From assembly GCA_028534125.1 (NCBI GenBank), contig CM052816.1, forward strand, positions 5,644,001-5,708,000: a DNA stretch of 64,000 nt. The letters run 5' to 3'. The stretch is from Lama glama (lineage: Eukaryota). Below the pieces are notes generated by a model that was given only the letters and a program-made list of their open reading frames with translations, was not told where the DNA came from and searched no databases. A program made the position numbers and the translations under genes. Below, in pieces: positions 38,658-52,833 of the stretch (its first letter is position 1; every line of letters starts with the position of its first letter).

Positions 38658-39677
38658 AGCAGAGGGAAGGGAGAGAAAGAATCAGCCATACTTGACAGTG
38701 AGTGAGTGGGGGACACCCTATTCCTGGAGGAGATTTCATTTTTCACCTGAAAATGCTGAAGGATGTGGTAACTGTATGGATGAATATGTAGAGGGTGCCA
38801 GAAGAAGTCTTAGAGACCTAGAACTACTCTTTTTTAAATTGACAGATGATTCAGTAGGGAATAGACAAATGAGTCACAAAGCAAATCAGTGGCAGAGCCA
38901 AGACCAGAATCAGGTTGTGAGATCCAGGCTCATGCTCTTCCCAGTGGCTTGTTCTCAATGAGGGTTCTCAGGCCAAGATATTAGAGGTCATGAAAACGAG
39001 GCAAACAGGAGGATCCTACATGCATCAGTCATTTGGTGGGAAAGGAACTGAGAATGAAAGCTTGATTTTTGTCTATTTTTTTTCCTTCAACACTCCATGG
39101 TTTCCCATTGCACACTATACTCAAAGACTGACAAAGGTGGGAATGACCTGTGCAGACTCAGCACCTGGCTCAGTCCTGGCATGTATTAGGTGCTCAGTAA
39201 ATGTTTGCTGAATGAATGAATACATGTTTCAGAAGTGGAGGGCCTATTCCTAGGTGTTTTCTAAGAAATCCTTCTGATTAAATGCTGATCTCATTTTGGG
39301 CTGGAATTGCAGCAATAAGCTGTTCAGACCAGGGATCAGAGAGTCCTGCTCTGTGCTACACGGGCTCAGTGACACGTGGAGACAAATGTTCCTTAGGTCA
39401 TGCTTAGCAGAATATTGGAAAGGGGATGGTCATGGAACTTGGAACAATGTTGAATGTTGTTAAAATGACTGGGGTTATATGGAGCCTGAAGTAGAGCCAA
39501 GAGGAAGTTGGATATTCAGAGGGTTGTCCTGTTAAAATATTCTGGTTTTATTTTGGGGGATCCCACATAGTACAGTGTGGTCAGTGGCTCCAATTTTCAG
39601 GAAGGAAGAAAGATTCTTGTTCAGTGTAAAGGTGAATCAAACAGCGTAGCCATTTAAAAATGAGACAGATTTCTTAG

Positions 39678-39785
39678 AGTGAGGTAGAGGAATGGTAAAT
39701 GGGTCGACATGGGACGTCTTCTTGCCAGGAATTTTGTTAAAGGCAGTCTCTGATTTTATGGAGACAGGAGTGGATGTCTTCTCTG
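39678..39785 (+). pseudogene. CLASP-like pseudo-exon *GRGMVNGSTWDVFLPGILLKAVSDFMETGVDVFS
   Basis: ttcttag acceptor, CTG|gtaatg donor, 108 nt phase 1-1; STWDVFLPGILL vs CLASP2 SVWDEHFKTILL. Confidence 0.5.
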
Positions 39786-40279
39786 GTAATGTTTTCCAAC
39801 CTGAGATTCTCAGGTACTTTCAGAAAGTTAGTATTCATTCATTCATCACGTACTCTGTGTTGGGTTCAGTGGTGAGTATACACATATATTCGTAGGAATA
39901 TACACCCAGAATCTCACATGAGTTTTTAATCCACTAAGGTAGGTGAGCTTGTCCATTTGCTCTCCAACATTTCTAGAGGCCTCTTGATCATAAAACCTCC
40001 TAAATGAACAGAATGTCTTCAAACAAGTTCATCAGAGCCAAATCCAGTGCCAGATGGAACCCCAGAACCCCCGGCTAGAACTGTAATGGTAGAAAGCATA
40101 GGAAGCTGTAACTTCTGTTTTCTCGAGTGAGCTTAATTGTTTAAAAGCCAGCTGGCTCCTGGGGTCGTGATGCCACCTTTTTATTTCCCTCCAAATGAAG
40201 TTCTCCACCCTGTTCCTTCTCTGCATGTCTCAGCCAAGAGCAAGCTCCGTCTATAAGTAGCTTTCATTGATAATTACAG

Positions 40280-40320
40280 TGGATGTTGCTTCAAGCACCA
40301 TCTGGGCTCTCCGGGACCTG
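40280..40320 (+). pseudogene. CLASP-like pseudo-exon (V)DVASSTIWALRDL; 3' boundary uncertain, frame stays open to 40452
   Basis: ctttcattgataattacag acceptor, phase 1; STIWAL vs PTIRAL (TGG could derive from CGG). Confidence 0.4.
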
Positions 40321-41159
40321 GTAGTGCTGAGAGTCATCTGTATTGCCTTTGCAAACAGCGCCAGTGGGAATCTGCAGGCTTCTCTGGCTAGGCTTTCCTC
40401 CCTGGCACTGTCCTCCAAGCTGGGGGTGGACTTGAAGGCAGCCAGATCTGATTAGGAATAAAAAGATGGGATCCAGGATGTGCTAGTTCCCTCTGACCTT
40501 GGTGTGGTCACCAGAATTCATCACTTTCGTTTTCTCTGGATGGTTTGCGTTTCATCTTGAGCACGTTCAAAATCTGTCCTCTTGGAAAAAACTGGCCCAG
40601 GGGCAACTGCAATAAGGCAAAGAGATTCGTGATGTGTCTGTCTACCCCATTCATCCTCACTCTTTCTTTAGCTTCTCTTGGTCTGGTTACATTTATTCCT
40701 TAAGAGATACTCAGCAATAAACAAGGCTTGAGTTGGAGGCTGAGATTCTTAAAATCCCTTCTAGGCAGTTTTCATTCTGTCCGTTAACCCATTAGTGATA
40801 GGTGATCCCTCACTAGAGTTCATGAACTTTGAACCCTGAAAACATCTATATCTAACTTACCATTTGTCCAGACCTCCAAGTCCCAGTTTTTTTTCTTTCT
40901 TTCTTCTGTTCTCTGAGAGGGTCTGACTTTCCTTTTTATCAGGGATACTGATCCAATAACAGCATTTATCTCTGACCAACTGTGCTTAGACTTCATAGAT
41001 AACAAAGATTAAGAAGGTATTTATCGCACTCTCTCTCTCTATTATCTTATGTTTAAAATTGAAAGCATTTGTTTTGGCAGCAGCGCACACAAAACCAGGT
41101 AATATGTACAATGACACTTACTTTTTCCCACAGACAATGGTTAGCTGTCATAGTAGCAC

Positions 41160-41365
41160 GGATAGTGGTAGACAGGCAGGTTCTGGAGTCTGAACAGTTC
41201 AAATTTTAACGTCAACATTTTCCGCTGATACAAACTTAAATCAGGTACTAGCTGCCCTGAGTGTCAGCAGCTCCATCTGTATGATAGGGGTAATAATAGC
41301 TTCTGCCTCAAAGGGGATTAAATGAGATGATACCTATTCAGCATTTGGCAAAATAAGCGTGTAAT
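41160..41365 (+). mobile_element. MIR
   Basis: Core catctgt...gggtaataatagc...ggattaaatgagatgata. Confidence 0.7.
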
Positions 41366-41373
41366 GCCTGCGG

Positions 41374-41487
41374 GTGTTAAGGAGCCAGGCTTTCTTCAAG
41401 ACCTTCTTGTCGTGAATCCTGGAGTAACTGGAGCAGGGGTTAAAGGAAGTGAAATCCCAGTACAGACTGAGCGTTGTGTTACTGATG
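41374..41487 (+). pseudogene. CLASP-like pseudo-exon VLRSQAFFKTFLS*ILE*LEQGLKEVKSQYRLSVVLLM
   Basis: Both splice sites are one base off consensus (ctgcgg|, |ataagt); VLRSQ-AFFK vs ILRNQPARFK; HEAT-like periodicity; stops at 41413 and 41425. Confidence 0.5.
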
Positions 41488-42351
41488 ATAAGTATCTTTC
41501 CTCTAAATATTTGCTTGTTTATCTTTACTTCCATCTTTGTGCTGCCCTAGGTCTTTTCATAGCTATTGAACCCCATCTGTTCTCATTTATATTCAGCTGC
41601 TATTTAGAATATAAGTGTTAATTATCTCCTTAACACCTCACTGCTACTAATTCTGAGCACTGTGTGTTCTTGGTTCCTTTGGTTTACGCCATCTGCCCAG
41701 GGTCCCACACCACTTGTCTTCATTATCTCTTCTGTTGTTTTAGTGGTTCTTGACTCTCTTTTAAAAACAACATGTTTAGAATTGCCTCCTTTAGCTATTA
41801 TTTTCAAATAAATTGTTCTGATGATAAAAGTAATCCTTATTATAAACATTGGAAAAATAGGGGGAAAGTAAGCCTTCCACCAAGACAAAGGAAGGATTTA
41901 TATGTGATATTTTCTTCTACTCTTTTTTCCCTCTATGGGCCTATATATGTATTTTAAACCTAGGTTCATATCATGCATCAGATGGGAGTTTTTAGCTACA
42001 AGCAATGAAATAGTCAACTCAAATGGGCTTCTAAAGTGAGGAAATAGATGAGCACACATAACTGAAAATGCAGAGGTAGAACAGAATTTAGGATTACCTT
42101 AATTCAGTGCTTCTGCCTCCATTTCCTGTGATTCTCTCAGCTCCATCATCTGCTTCAACTAATAAAGCAACATGGCTTTAGTAACCCCAGGCATCACATC
42201 TGTACCCAAAAAGTCCAGGGGAAGAGGGGCTATCTCTTCCTGCAGACTACCTTAAGCGCAGAGAGCCTTTTCCAGAAATTCCCAGCAAACTTCCCTTTGC
42301 AGCTCATTGGCCCCAGTTGAGCGTCTGTTCCTGAATCAAGACTATAAAGGG

Positions 42352-42870
42352 TGATAAAGAAGCTGTGGTATATTTATACAATGGAATACTGCTTACCCAT
42401 AAAAAGAATAAAATAATGGCATTTGCAGCAACATGGATGGACCTGGAGATCATCATTCTAAGTGAAGTAAGCCAGAAAGAGAAAGTGAAATACGATATGA
42501 TAACACTCATATGTGGAATCTAAGAAAAGAAAAAAGACGACACCAATGAACTCATCTACAAAATAGAAACAGACTCGAAGACATGGTTACAGGAGGGGAA
42601 AGGGAGTGGGAAGGGATACATTTGGGAGGTCAAGATTTGCAAGTATTAATACTATATATATATAAAATAGATAAAAACAATATTTCTTCTGTATAGCACA
42701 GGGAGCTATATTCAATATCTTGTAATAACCTTTAATGAAAAAGAATATGAAAATGAGTGTGTATATATATATATATATATATAGCTGGGACATTGTGCTG
42801 TACACTAGAAATTGACACATTATAACTGACAGTACTTCAATAAAAAATAAAAATTAAAAGAATTTTAAAA
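42352..42870 (+). mobile_element. 5'-truncated young L1 with 14-bp TSD aagactataaaggg
   Basis: Direct repeats at 42338-42351 and 42871-42884; ORF2 end plus 3'UTR plus A-tail. Confidence 0.9.
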
Positions 42871-44429
42871 AAGACTATAAAGGGAGATCAGTTTACCATG
42901 ATTGGCTCAGATCAGTATGTCTTCAACTTGTGTGTGCCTCTGAGGTCCCTTGAGATCTTGTTAAAACTCCGATTTTGGACTTTGTCTCCAATGTTGCAGA
43001 CTCAGTCGATCAAGATTCCATTGTGAATTTGCATTTCCAACAAACTTCCAGGTAATGCTAATATTGCTGGTCTAGAGACCACACTTTGAGAACCACTGGC
43101 TTAGACAATTAGAGCACTTTTTTGGTAAATGTGTTCAATTTCTCCAAATATTTTGTGGCCATGCAAAACAGGAAAGATGAAATGGATGGTGGAGAAAACC
43201 AAGGTATCTACTATATCCTCAATTATTTCTCCCATATCATCAAAAATTCCTTAAATGTGTAGATTTTACCATTAAACTGTTAAAATGTGAAAAACCATGG
43301 TACTTCTATGTAATAGAATAATGTTTAACTGGTCTTCTGCTGTTGGGCATGAATGGTTTGAATATTTTACTGTTATAAATTACACAGTAAAAAATGCCAG
43401 CACACAAAATCATTTGTGTGCTTCTCTGATTATTACCCAAAGATGCATTCCTAGAAGTCGAATTACTGTTTCAGCTATTCTTATCTCACTGACTCACAGC
43501 TCCTTTTTCCAGAGAATAAATGTCCTATTTTCCCCCCTGGCTTTCTTAAAGGGCCAGTCTTTTATAGCCTGTGTACATTGATGAAATCTTTTCACAGAGT
43601 AGAACCAGGTGGGATTGGGATGGGAAGAAGGGCAGGATGACTCAGCAAGTGGAAAAGAGGAGAACAGGTCCTGACACCTGAAAGTACATGGCTTGCATAG
43701 GGAGCAGATCACATACGTGGGTACCTCATGAGAATACCATGCAAGGGTATGTGGAGTCGTGGAAGATGATGTGGGAAAGGAGACTTATGACAGTTTGAGC
43801 CTACATTTTTTTTTTGGGTATTGATTTCTAAACTTTACATTTTTTGTCTTATCTGTGTCCTATCTACATTATTATAATAGTTTTTTACTCAACATATGTA
43901 AATGAATTTATTTTTTGTAGAAACTTTGTATCACTAAGGATAAGAGAAACCATGTCAGTTACCATAAACGGAAAGTAGCTAATATGTAAAACAGTGTTGT
44001 TAAATTCGAACCCAGTATTTTGCATGTTGAAAACTCTGAATTTCTCTGCTGTGGGGAGGTGAGCATGTATTAAGGGAAGCAAAAGACATAGCAGCTTCAA
44101 ATACCTTCTAGGTATCCATAGAAAGACTAAAAGATTTTGCAGAGGAAATGGCTTTCTCATGCTGTATGTGAATGTTATTTAATGTCACATTGTACACTTC
44201 CTAAAATCATCAAAATCCCGCTCTTAGGACATCAGTGCGCTGGGCTAATAAGCTGCGAGCCTCAGAACTGCTAAGAATTAAACACACCCGTGGAATCAGA
44301 ATCTCTGGGGTTGGTGGTAGGAGGTGGGCTCAGGAATCTGCATTTTACCCCATGTCCAGGTGATTCTCATGATCACAGAGGTTTAAGACACACAGCTAAG
44401 TTGTAAAGAACCATTATCTTTTCCCCTCA

Positions 44430-44720
44430 TTTTTAAAAAAGTTGAAGTATTGTCAGTTCACAATGTGTCAATTTCTAGTGTACAGCATAATGTTTCAGTT
44501 ACACATATACATACATAGACTCTTTTTCATATTCTTTTTCATTATAAGTTACTACAAGATATTGAATATAGTTCCCTGTGCTATACAGAAGAAACCTGTT
44601 GTTTACCTATTTTATATGTAGTAGTTAATATTTGCAAATCTCAAAGTCCCAGTTTATCCCTTCCCACCCGCTTTCCCCTCTGGTAACTGTAAGTTTGTTT
44701 AATATGTCTGTGAGTCTAAT
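44430..44720 (-). mobile_element. L1 3'UTR fragment
   Basis: ttgaagtattgtcagtt...atagttccctgtgctatacag. Confidence 0.8.
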
Positions 44721-44769
44721 TTTGAGCTTATAAAAAACATTCTTCTGGTTTGCCAGCTTCAATCTATTT

Positions 44770-46350
44770 CAAAGATACAGTTTATGCACCCTCTACAATG
44801 AACCTTTTGTGTCCTCATAGGTAAACAGTATGTCTTTTAAACAACTCTACTTAGATTTTGCTTTTTTATCCAGTCTGACAATGTATGTCTTTTAATTGAA
44901 ATAGTCAGTTTACATTTAATTACTAAGATAGCTGAGTTTAATTATATGAGCTTGCCATTTGTTTTCTATTTGATTTATCTTTGTTCTTTTTTTGGGGGGG
45001 ATTAATCAATTATTTTTATTATTACATTATTTTCTTTCCTGTTAGCTTTTTAATTAGACATTGCCTTATTATTCCTTTACTGGTTTCCCAGAACTACATT
45101 ATACTTCCTGGATTTATCATAGACTCCCTTCGATTAGGGACCTAACAACAGTGTAACTCCATTTACCCCCTTTACCTTTTGTGCTCTTGTTGTTATATAT
45201 TTTAAATCTACACTCGTTTTATTTTCTGTAAGCCAGGAAGTCTACATGTGTTTTTTAAACCCACAAGAGAACCCACTAATCCTGTGTTCTCCTTTTTCTT
45301 ATCTTCAACTAAACCTTTGTTTCAAATTCTACTACCAATTATGGTATTTTCAGTTCTAAAAGTTTCATTTGATTTTTAAAATAGATGCCAGGTCTTTGGT
45401 GAATATATGTTTATTTATTATTTGAACATATTAATCATTGTTACTTTGAAGTTCCTTTTTGATACCTTTACTAACTGACTCATCTGTGGGGCTATTTCTA
45501 CTGACCCATTTCTTTTGATTTTTAAGTTATTTGGTCCTGTTTTTTTTCCTTCTTCTTCTTTTTATTTTTTTAGCTTGCCTTATAATTTTTTTAAATGGAT
45601 GTTGTGGATAAAAAATTGTAAAAGTTCTCGATGAAGTTATCCTCTTCCAAAGTGGTCAGTTTTTCTCCTACCAAGCAGACAGTCTTGGTGAGTCAGCTTG
45701 ATCTTGTCATAGGCTTTCTTCTGATTGGCCTATTTCAATTTTGTCCGTACCTCTGGGGTGTGGCTCTTTTCCTAGAATATGACCCTCGTGGTACCTTAGG
45801 ATCTTTACAAAGGCTTGTTCACTTTGATGGGACTTAAACTTTGAAGTCCACCTTTTCAGCATTATATGACGGCTGAAATATTTGCTCATATTTTTAGGCT
45901 TCAATTTTTTTTCTTTTTCTTTTCCTACTGGTTGCCTGAGAGTCTTTCTTTACATAGCACATCTTAGCATATGATCAATAATTTGAGAGGAATATATGCC
46001 CAGTGCCCAGATTCTATTTTCTCTGCCATTTTGCCTTCAAATCCTGGCTGCTTTGTGAATCCTGAATACTGACTTGAGTCTCTTCAGCCCAGTAAGGCTA
46101 CCGTTTTCTTCTTGGGCTCTTTTTACCTACACTACAATTTGGGAAATGCTCTCAAAGAAGAGAGCCAGAACAAATAGCCCTTTCTAGAATCTCTCCACAA
46201 TCATAGCCCCCACGCCCCACCATGTTCTGCCTGCACTGATTATTCTAAGATAGCTTCAAACATTTTTTACATATTTTGTGCAGCTTTTATATTTTTATTT
46301 GGCAGGGGAGCTAGTCCAGTAGAAGCTACTCTATCATGGTAGGGCTTGAA
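44770..46350 (-). mobile_element. Old L1 (L1MC/ME-like) remnants
   Basis: tttttatccagtctgacaat and other L1M antisense motifs. Confidence 0.55.
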
Positions 46351-47439
46351 AGTCTTTTTATCTTAGCTTTAAGTGAAGAAATTGAAGCTTAGAAAAGTTA
46401 CGTAAATTGTCCAAGGTCAAATAGCTTCTAAATGGCAGAGCTGGGACTTAAATCTAGGTCTTTCTGACTCCCAACCTATGCTCTTATCCACTATACTTAC
46501 TACGTCCTTATCATAAAAGCAACTATGTATTGTGTGCCTGTTAGGCTCCAGGCAGTGTTAGTTGCTTTCCAAACAATATCTTTTCTTGATAAAAATCCTA
46601 TCAAAGAGAAAGTGTTATCTCTACTTTACAGATGTGGGAACTAAACTCAAGAGTTCAAGTCTCCTTTTCAAGGGTATTGAGAACGTAAATGGCGATGCAT
46701 GAGTTTGACTCCAGCTCTGTACCATCCACCAACCTCACACTAGAAATTAATTGTTAGATGCATGAACTTGGCCAATCACTTCTCTAAGTCCTCATGTTCT
46801 AATTTGTAAATATGAATATCAATTAGTGTTATTTGACTTGCAAAGGATGTCATGGGTGGGAAGACAAAGTAAAGGTGCCTGGCATTCATAGACTTGAGTA
46901 CTAACTGGTAGACACTTCTTCAGCTCATGCTCTGCAATGTTGCTGATTCAAATGGAGGAGCCCAATGAGGGCCCAGAAATACTGAAACTCCATGATCATG
47001 TCTGGTGATGTTGCTTTTAGTGATCACCAATAAGTTAGAACAAAATTTTGAAATATGTTTTTTAAACATTGTTAGAGAGATGAAGACCACAGGCCTGAGA
47101 TTATCATAGTATAATATAAATGAATAGATCATTTGCTATATTAAACATAGACAAGCACTAAGACACATGGCACAGCCACTCTTGTATTGGGTGTCCAGGA
47201 AAGGTGGGAAGAACTTTCAGAGGTCAGTTTCTGTAGTTGGTCTGCCTGAATTAAAGCCTAGCTCTATTGTTTACTGACCAGGTGATCTTTGGCAAGTTAC
47301 TCACCCTTTAAAGCCTTTCCTCATTTGTAAAATGGAGATAGTAATTAATAGGATTCTTGTAAGGAATTTATCCAAATGAATATTTAACACAGTGCCTTCC
47401 TCAATACGGACTTTCTATAATGCATGTTATCAATTAAAA

Positions 47440-48165
47440 ATTGATGCTGGAGATGGTGTAGAGAAAAGGGAAACCTCCTACACTGTTGGTAGGAATGTAA
47501 ATTGGTGCATCCACTATGGGGAACAGTATGGAGTTTCCTTTAAAAACTAAAAACAGAGTTACTATGTGATTCAGCAATATAATTCCTGGGTATATCTGGA
47601 TAAGAATGATAACTCTAATTCAAAAAGACACATGCACCCCAGTGTTCATGTGCAGCACTGTTTACAGTAGCCAACACATAGAAACAACCTAAATGTCCAT
47701 CAAAAGATGAATGTGTGTGTGTACACCACATCTTCTTTATACGCACACACATACACACACAGTGGAATATTACTCAACCATAAAAAGGATGGAATAATGC
47801 CATTTGCAGCAACATGGATGGACCTAGAGGTTATCACACTTAGTAAGTCAGACAGAGAAAGACAAATACATAATATCTCTTATATGTGGAATCTAAAAAA
47901 ATGGCACAAATGAACTTATTTATAAAACAGAAAAGACTCACAGACATGGAAAACAAACTTATGGTTACTAAAAAACAATACACACTGCTATATATAAAAC
48001 TGATAAACAACAAGGACCTGTATAGCACAGGGAAATATATTCAACATCTCATAATAACCTATAATGGAAAAGAGTCTGAAAAAGAATATATATGCATAAC
48101 TGAATCACTTTGGTGTACATCTAAAACACACAATGTTGAAAATCAACTGAAAAATTAAAAAAACC
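47440..48165 (+). mobile_element. 5'-truncated L1 (ORF2 end plus 3'UTR)
   Basis: IMPFAATWMDLEVITLS remnant; gagaaaagggaaacctcctacactgttggt. Confidence 0.85.
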
Positions 48166-49371
48166 CCAAATTGTTATTACTGAAAATTTTTGGAGGATGA
48201 CAGAATTTGGTGTGAAGAGGCACAGAGAAGCATTCTGGGAGGTGAAATTGTTTGTTGGAAGACAAAAGCCCATTCTCCAGAGTGCTAATCAGAAATGGGC
48301 AGGAGAAGGAGTAGCTAGACCTGGATAGTTTATGCCCACAATTTGGAAAAGTCTGTGGTCCCTTCTTTGGATTTGGCACCAGTCTCCAATCTCTTTGCTA
48401 AGCTCAGTTTTATCACCTAAGGATACGAGAGTTGATGAAGAAAAAGCAAGTAAAATAGGTAAAGTTACTTTTCCCTAAGATTTTCACCATTTCTTGTCTG
48501 TTTCTCATGGGCTTATATACGAACCTTCAGAATTTTAAGTTCTTTATCTCCTTGCCTTTCCTCTGGCATTCCCATAGAATTAAGAGTTGCCTCTTCTGGG
48601 GAGTTAGGTTCACTTGTCTGTAGGGTAAAGTTTTATTATCAGTTACAAGTCTAACTCAATTTATTCGTACTTCTGGGTCATAGAGTGGCCATCAAAAATG
48701 TCCATCCCCGCATTCCCATTATGCTTAAAACTTCTTGAGTGACACTGGGCAACTTCAGCGTCTCCTAGTGTTGACGTTCTCCTCTTCTCCCCACCCCATG
48801 ACTCGGGGGCTAGCTGTGCTGCCATCTGCGGTGGCTCAGACCTCTGGTCCAGGTGTCCTCAGGAGTAAGTCAGGGCACAGCCGACGTCCCGTGCTTGTGA
48901 GAAGCTGAGAAAAATCAGTGGGGCTCACTATTAGGGCATTTGCTTCCCCATGTCCTCCTCTAATCCCAAAAGTGGTGCATTTCAATTTAAAGAGCTTTTC
49001 CTCCTAGTATTTTTACAGGCCAGTGGCCAGGGGTGCGTGGGGACGGGTAAAAGTTAAAGTCCATTCATGAGCAGTTGTGTTGTGAGGTATGGAGAGTTAA
49101 CAGTGGTGATCTGGTGCCAGGGGCTCTATGCCACCTCCTCCCGTCCCGAGCCTCTGTGGGTGACATTGACAGGGTTCAGGCCTTTTCCTGGGTTCAAAAT
49201 CTGGCAGAGTAGCTGATAACCCCAGGTTCAGGCCAACATAACAAGACTTTTGAGAGACATGATATTAAAAATAAAAAACAGATTGAGTCATGATTCTGTT
49301 AGAAGCAGAAATATTAGAAGAATAAGCCAAAAGACCAAGAATCTCAAATTAGCCTAAAAAAAGATCAGTAC

Positions 49372-49455
49372 GGAGGGTGGATATGGTAGAGTGCATGGTT
49401 AGCATGATGCAAGGTCCTGGGTTCAATCTGCAGTACCTCCATGGAGAAAAAAAAG
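49372..49455 (+). mobile_element. tRNA-derived SINE, degraded
   Basis: ggtagagtgcatggttagcatg...gtcctgggttcaatctgcagtacctcc followed by an A-tail. Confidence 0.7.
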
Positions 49456-50883
49456 AAATCAGGATAAATATTAAGAGTATGAAATAAAAACAACCAATCA
49501 CAAAAGTAATCAAGCAGAAATCTTTCTGTATGTAAAATATTACCAGTTGGGGAAATTGAGCCAGGTCTATAGCATCATTCTTTATTATTTCTTACAACTG
49601 TGTATTTACAGTTATCTCAATAAAATTTTCAGTTAAAAAGAGAACTATCTCATATTGAAGGGGTATACGGAGTACCAAAGAAGAAAAAAGAATATTGCAA
49701 TAATGTTTAAGAATATCAAAGACAAAGATAAATTCTAAAGTTTTCAGACAAGAAGAGATCACATGCAAAGGAATTCATATAAGACAGACTTTTCAATAGA
49801 ATCCTGGTTGCAGGAAGACCATTGAATATTTTCAACTTTTTTAAGATAGAGAAAGAGAATGAAAGCGTATGTCTTTAGTAGCCCAGAATTAAAGTCTAGG
49901 TAATGTCAGTATGATCAAATAGCCTGAGAATGTGCTAAATTCCTAATTTTATATTATATTAGAATTCAAAATAAGTAAGAATTGAAAAGAAATTTAGGAA
50001 AAGAGGAGAAAAGAAATGATAAATTAAGACGGTAGAAACAGCTCCAAATGTAGGATAACCACAGCTAGTGTAAATAGACCAAATTTGCCAGTTCAAGGTT
50101 AAAGATGGACAGATTGGATTTAAAAAATGTACAAGATCTGCACTTAAATCATAATAGCATGCACAGGTTGAAAGTAAGAGAATAAAGTTAAAAAAATACA
50201 TAATGAACAAAGACTAACCAAAGAATGCTGATAAAACTATATTAATATCAGACTTTAAACAGTAGCATTATATAGGATTATGTTATAAGCAATACCAAAA
50301 TGGGAAAATATACTGGGGTTGAAGAAAGGCACTACAGAATGGTGAAAGATTCAATTAGAAAAGAGGAAGGTCGTTCCATGCAGAGGAAGCAGCGTAACGT
50401 AAGCACTGGGGCGGAGAAATTTGGTATGTGCTAGTGGACATGCAGTTGTTAATGAGAGCCTAACAGAACGGAGGGAGTGGGAATGGAAAAAAATGGAATG
50501 AATCTGATGAATCTTTTGGAACTAGAATTGATCTGATGGCATATCAAGGAGGATAACACTCAGCACTCTCCCTGTCGTTTAATAAGCACATAATAAAGGG
50601 AACCTGCTGTTTCTATGTCTGATCATGGGGCAGGAGGAGACTTCAAACTTGGTAATGATGGATGCTAATAGCATTTCCTGAGATGACCTGGCAAAAGGAG
50701 GTTTGTGCAGTGATTATAAATTGAGATTGTTTCAGCTATGTTACGTTTTGGACCAGTCAGTTCTGTTATGATGGGACATGTGTCGCATGTGACGTGCAAA
50801 AATGGTAGCATAGTTTTATACATGTTAAATGGTTGAGAAATGCATATAAACTGCAGTAAATATGGCTCTTTACCTTGCTAAAG

Positions 50884-51042
50884 ACCTGAACTTTTGCTTG
50901 TGGAGACAGGCATCAGAAAGATTGCATTTGTGAATGTTGGTGAAGTGAAAACAGGATTGTCTGATTGGAGGACAGTTGTAACACATCCATGTGGGTGGAT
51001 GTGGCTCATCATGCATTTGATGAACTGAGGCAGCTGATAGAT
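50884..51042 (+). pseudogene. CLASP-like pseudo-exon T*TFACGDRHQKDCICECW*SENRIV*LEDSCNTSMWVDVAHHAFDELRQLID
   Basis: ctctttaccttgctaaag acceptor, gtgtgagt donor; AxxDxH and IV(R) resemble EAHKDSHKEVVR; three TGA stops; reading frame partly ambiguous. Confidence 0.45.
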
Positions 51043-51389
51043 GTGTGAGTGATTTCGTGTGTGTGTTTTGTTTCTTGTAGAGGGAATTATACATGAGCAA
51101 ATGTAAAATTTGCATTATGCTCAAATATGTACCAAATACCCTAATATATCTATCATACTGCAGCAAATTGATTTTCAAAGCAAGTGTTACAGCTGAACTG
51201 ACTGTACCTATGGGACATTGAGAGGAAATTAAGGCAGAGGTAAGGTAGTCCAAAAGCCTTTATATAATGTACTTCTCTCTTTTTTTAATTTGCTTATTCT
51301 TTTTTTTAATTGAATGTAAGATACTTTAGTCTATAGTGCTTTACAATTTTCAAAAGTTTCACATGCATGATTTCATAAAAATCCCACAA

Positions 51390-51840
51390 TAATCCTTTTT
51401 TTTCTTATCTCCTGTCCCACCGTTGCCCTCCCCCATTCCCTCTCCCCACTGATCACTAGTTTGTTCTCTATATCTATGAGTCTGCTTCTTTTTTGTTTTA
51501 TTTACTAGTTTGTAGTATTTTTCAGATTCCACATATACAGGATATCATAAGTATTTGTCTTTTCTGTCTGACTTATTTCAATTAGCATAATGCCCTCCAA
51601 GTCCATCTATGTTGCTACAAATGGCAAAATGTCATTCCTTTTTATGGCTGACTAGTATTTCTCTCTGTATGTGTATGTGTGTGTGTGTGTGTGTGTGTAC
51701 ATACCACATTTTCTTTATCCTTTCATCTGTTGAACACTTAGGTTGCTTCCACACCTTGGCAATTATAAATAATTGTAAATAATGTATGAACATTGAGGAA
51801 CAATGCACTTCTCAATCAGCAATATCATCTTTAGGTATTT
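51390..51840 (-). mobile_element. L1 3' fragment with (TG)n microsatellite near 51670-51697
   Basis: agattccacatat...gtccatctatgttgctacaaatggc. Confidence 0.8.
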
Positions 51841-52833
51841 AACTGAAGGAAATATTAAGAGATGTTGGCCATGAATAAATAAAAAGTTTTTTAGAATAGT
51901 AAAAAATTTTAAACAAAGTTAAGGCCAACAATATGGAATTGGTAAAATAAATTATGGTCATCCATTAATGAAATGGATGAGATTTATAAAAATCTCATCA
52001 ATCGTACTGATGAGAAAATATTTGTGATATGTTACCAAAATTTGAAATGATCATATTTCACAAGGCTCTTTATAGAATAGCGTTTTGTAAAACCTATAAA
52101 TATGTATGTATATAGGACAAATGCTAAAAAGACATACTTGAACATTATCTCTGGACAGTGAGTTTATAAATGTTTTATCTTTGTCCTTTTTTGGTGTTTT
52201 TCTAGTATTTCAGCAGTGAATTTGTATTTTTTTTAAAAAGACAACTCGTTGGCTCATTCATACTAAAAAGCACAGCTTGGCTTAATTCAGGGATGCATCT
52301 GGTGTCTCCAGGACCCATCTTTCAGCTCAGCTTCCCCAGAGTGCCTTCATGGTCGGAGTCCCCTTCCATACTTTTCTGGGAATTGGAAGAAGGTTCCTGG
52401 CTCACGTCTAGAAGAAGAAAGCCTGTGTATATTTTTATGATTAAAAGAAAATACACTTGATTTTTAAAAGAATGAATAAGGTGTTATTGATGGAGCAAAG
52501 TCCTAGAAGTCAAAGACAGGAGTGTGGCCAGGGCACCTGGAGAAGAGCTAGCCTGGGATAGCAGGAGACTCACACACATTTTCTTTCCCCTTTAGCAAAA
52601 GGATTTCTCTGTGTGAATATGGATAGATTGCTGTGTATCCTCCCAGCTCTAATAGTCTCTGGTCACCAGAGATGGGTTACACCTCATTCCACCCCAGCCT
52701 GCTTACCATTCTAGTCAGGGGTGTGTTTGGTATCATTAATCGAAATCACTTTTTCTGGAAAACAGAATACATTGGATTTTTTTTTTTGGTGTGTTTAACC
52801 TTTTGGGCATATCAACTGGACATTATTTTTCAG

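Noticed and set aside
40180..40448. Minus-strand terminal exon with acceptor and AATAAA
   Set aside because: No recognisable product and no partner exons; the + strand reading fits the exon chain.
41342..41373. Extension of the pseudo-exon upstream (FGKISV*CLR)
   Set aside because: Most of this stretch matches the 3' tail of the adjacent MIR.
50885..51027. Alternative open frame PELLLVETGIRKIAFVNVGEVK
   Set aside because: Its phase does not fit the previous segment; it could still be real if hidden frameshifts or a missing exon exist.
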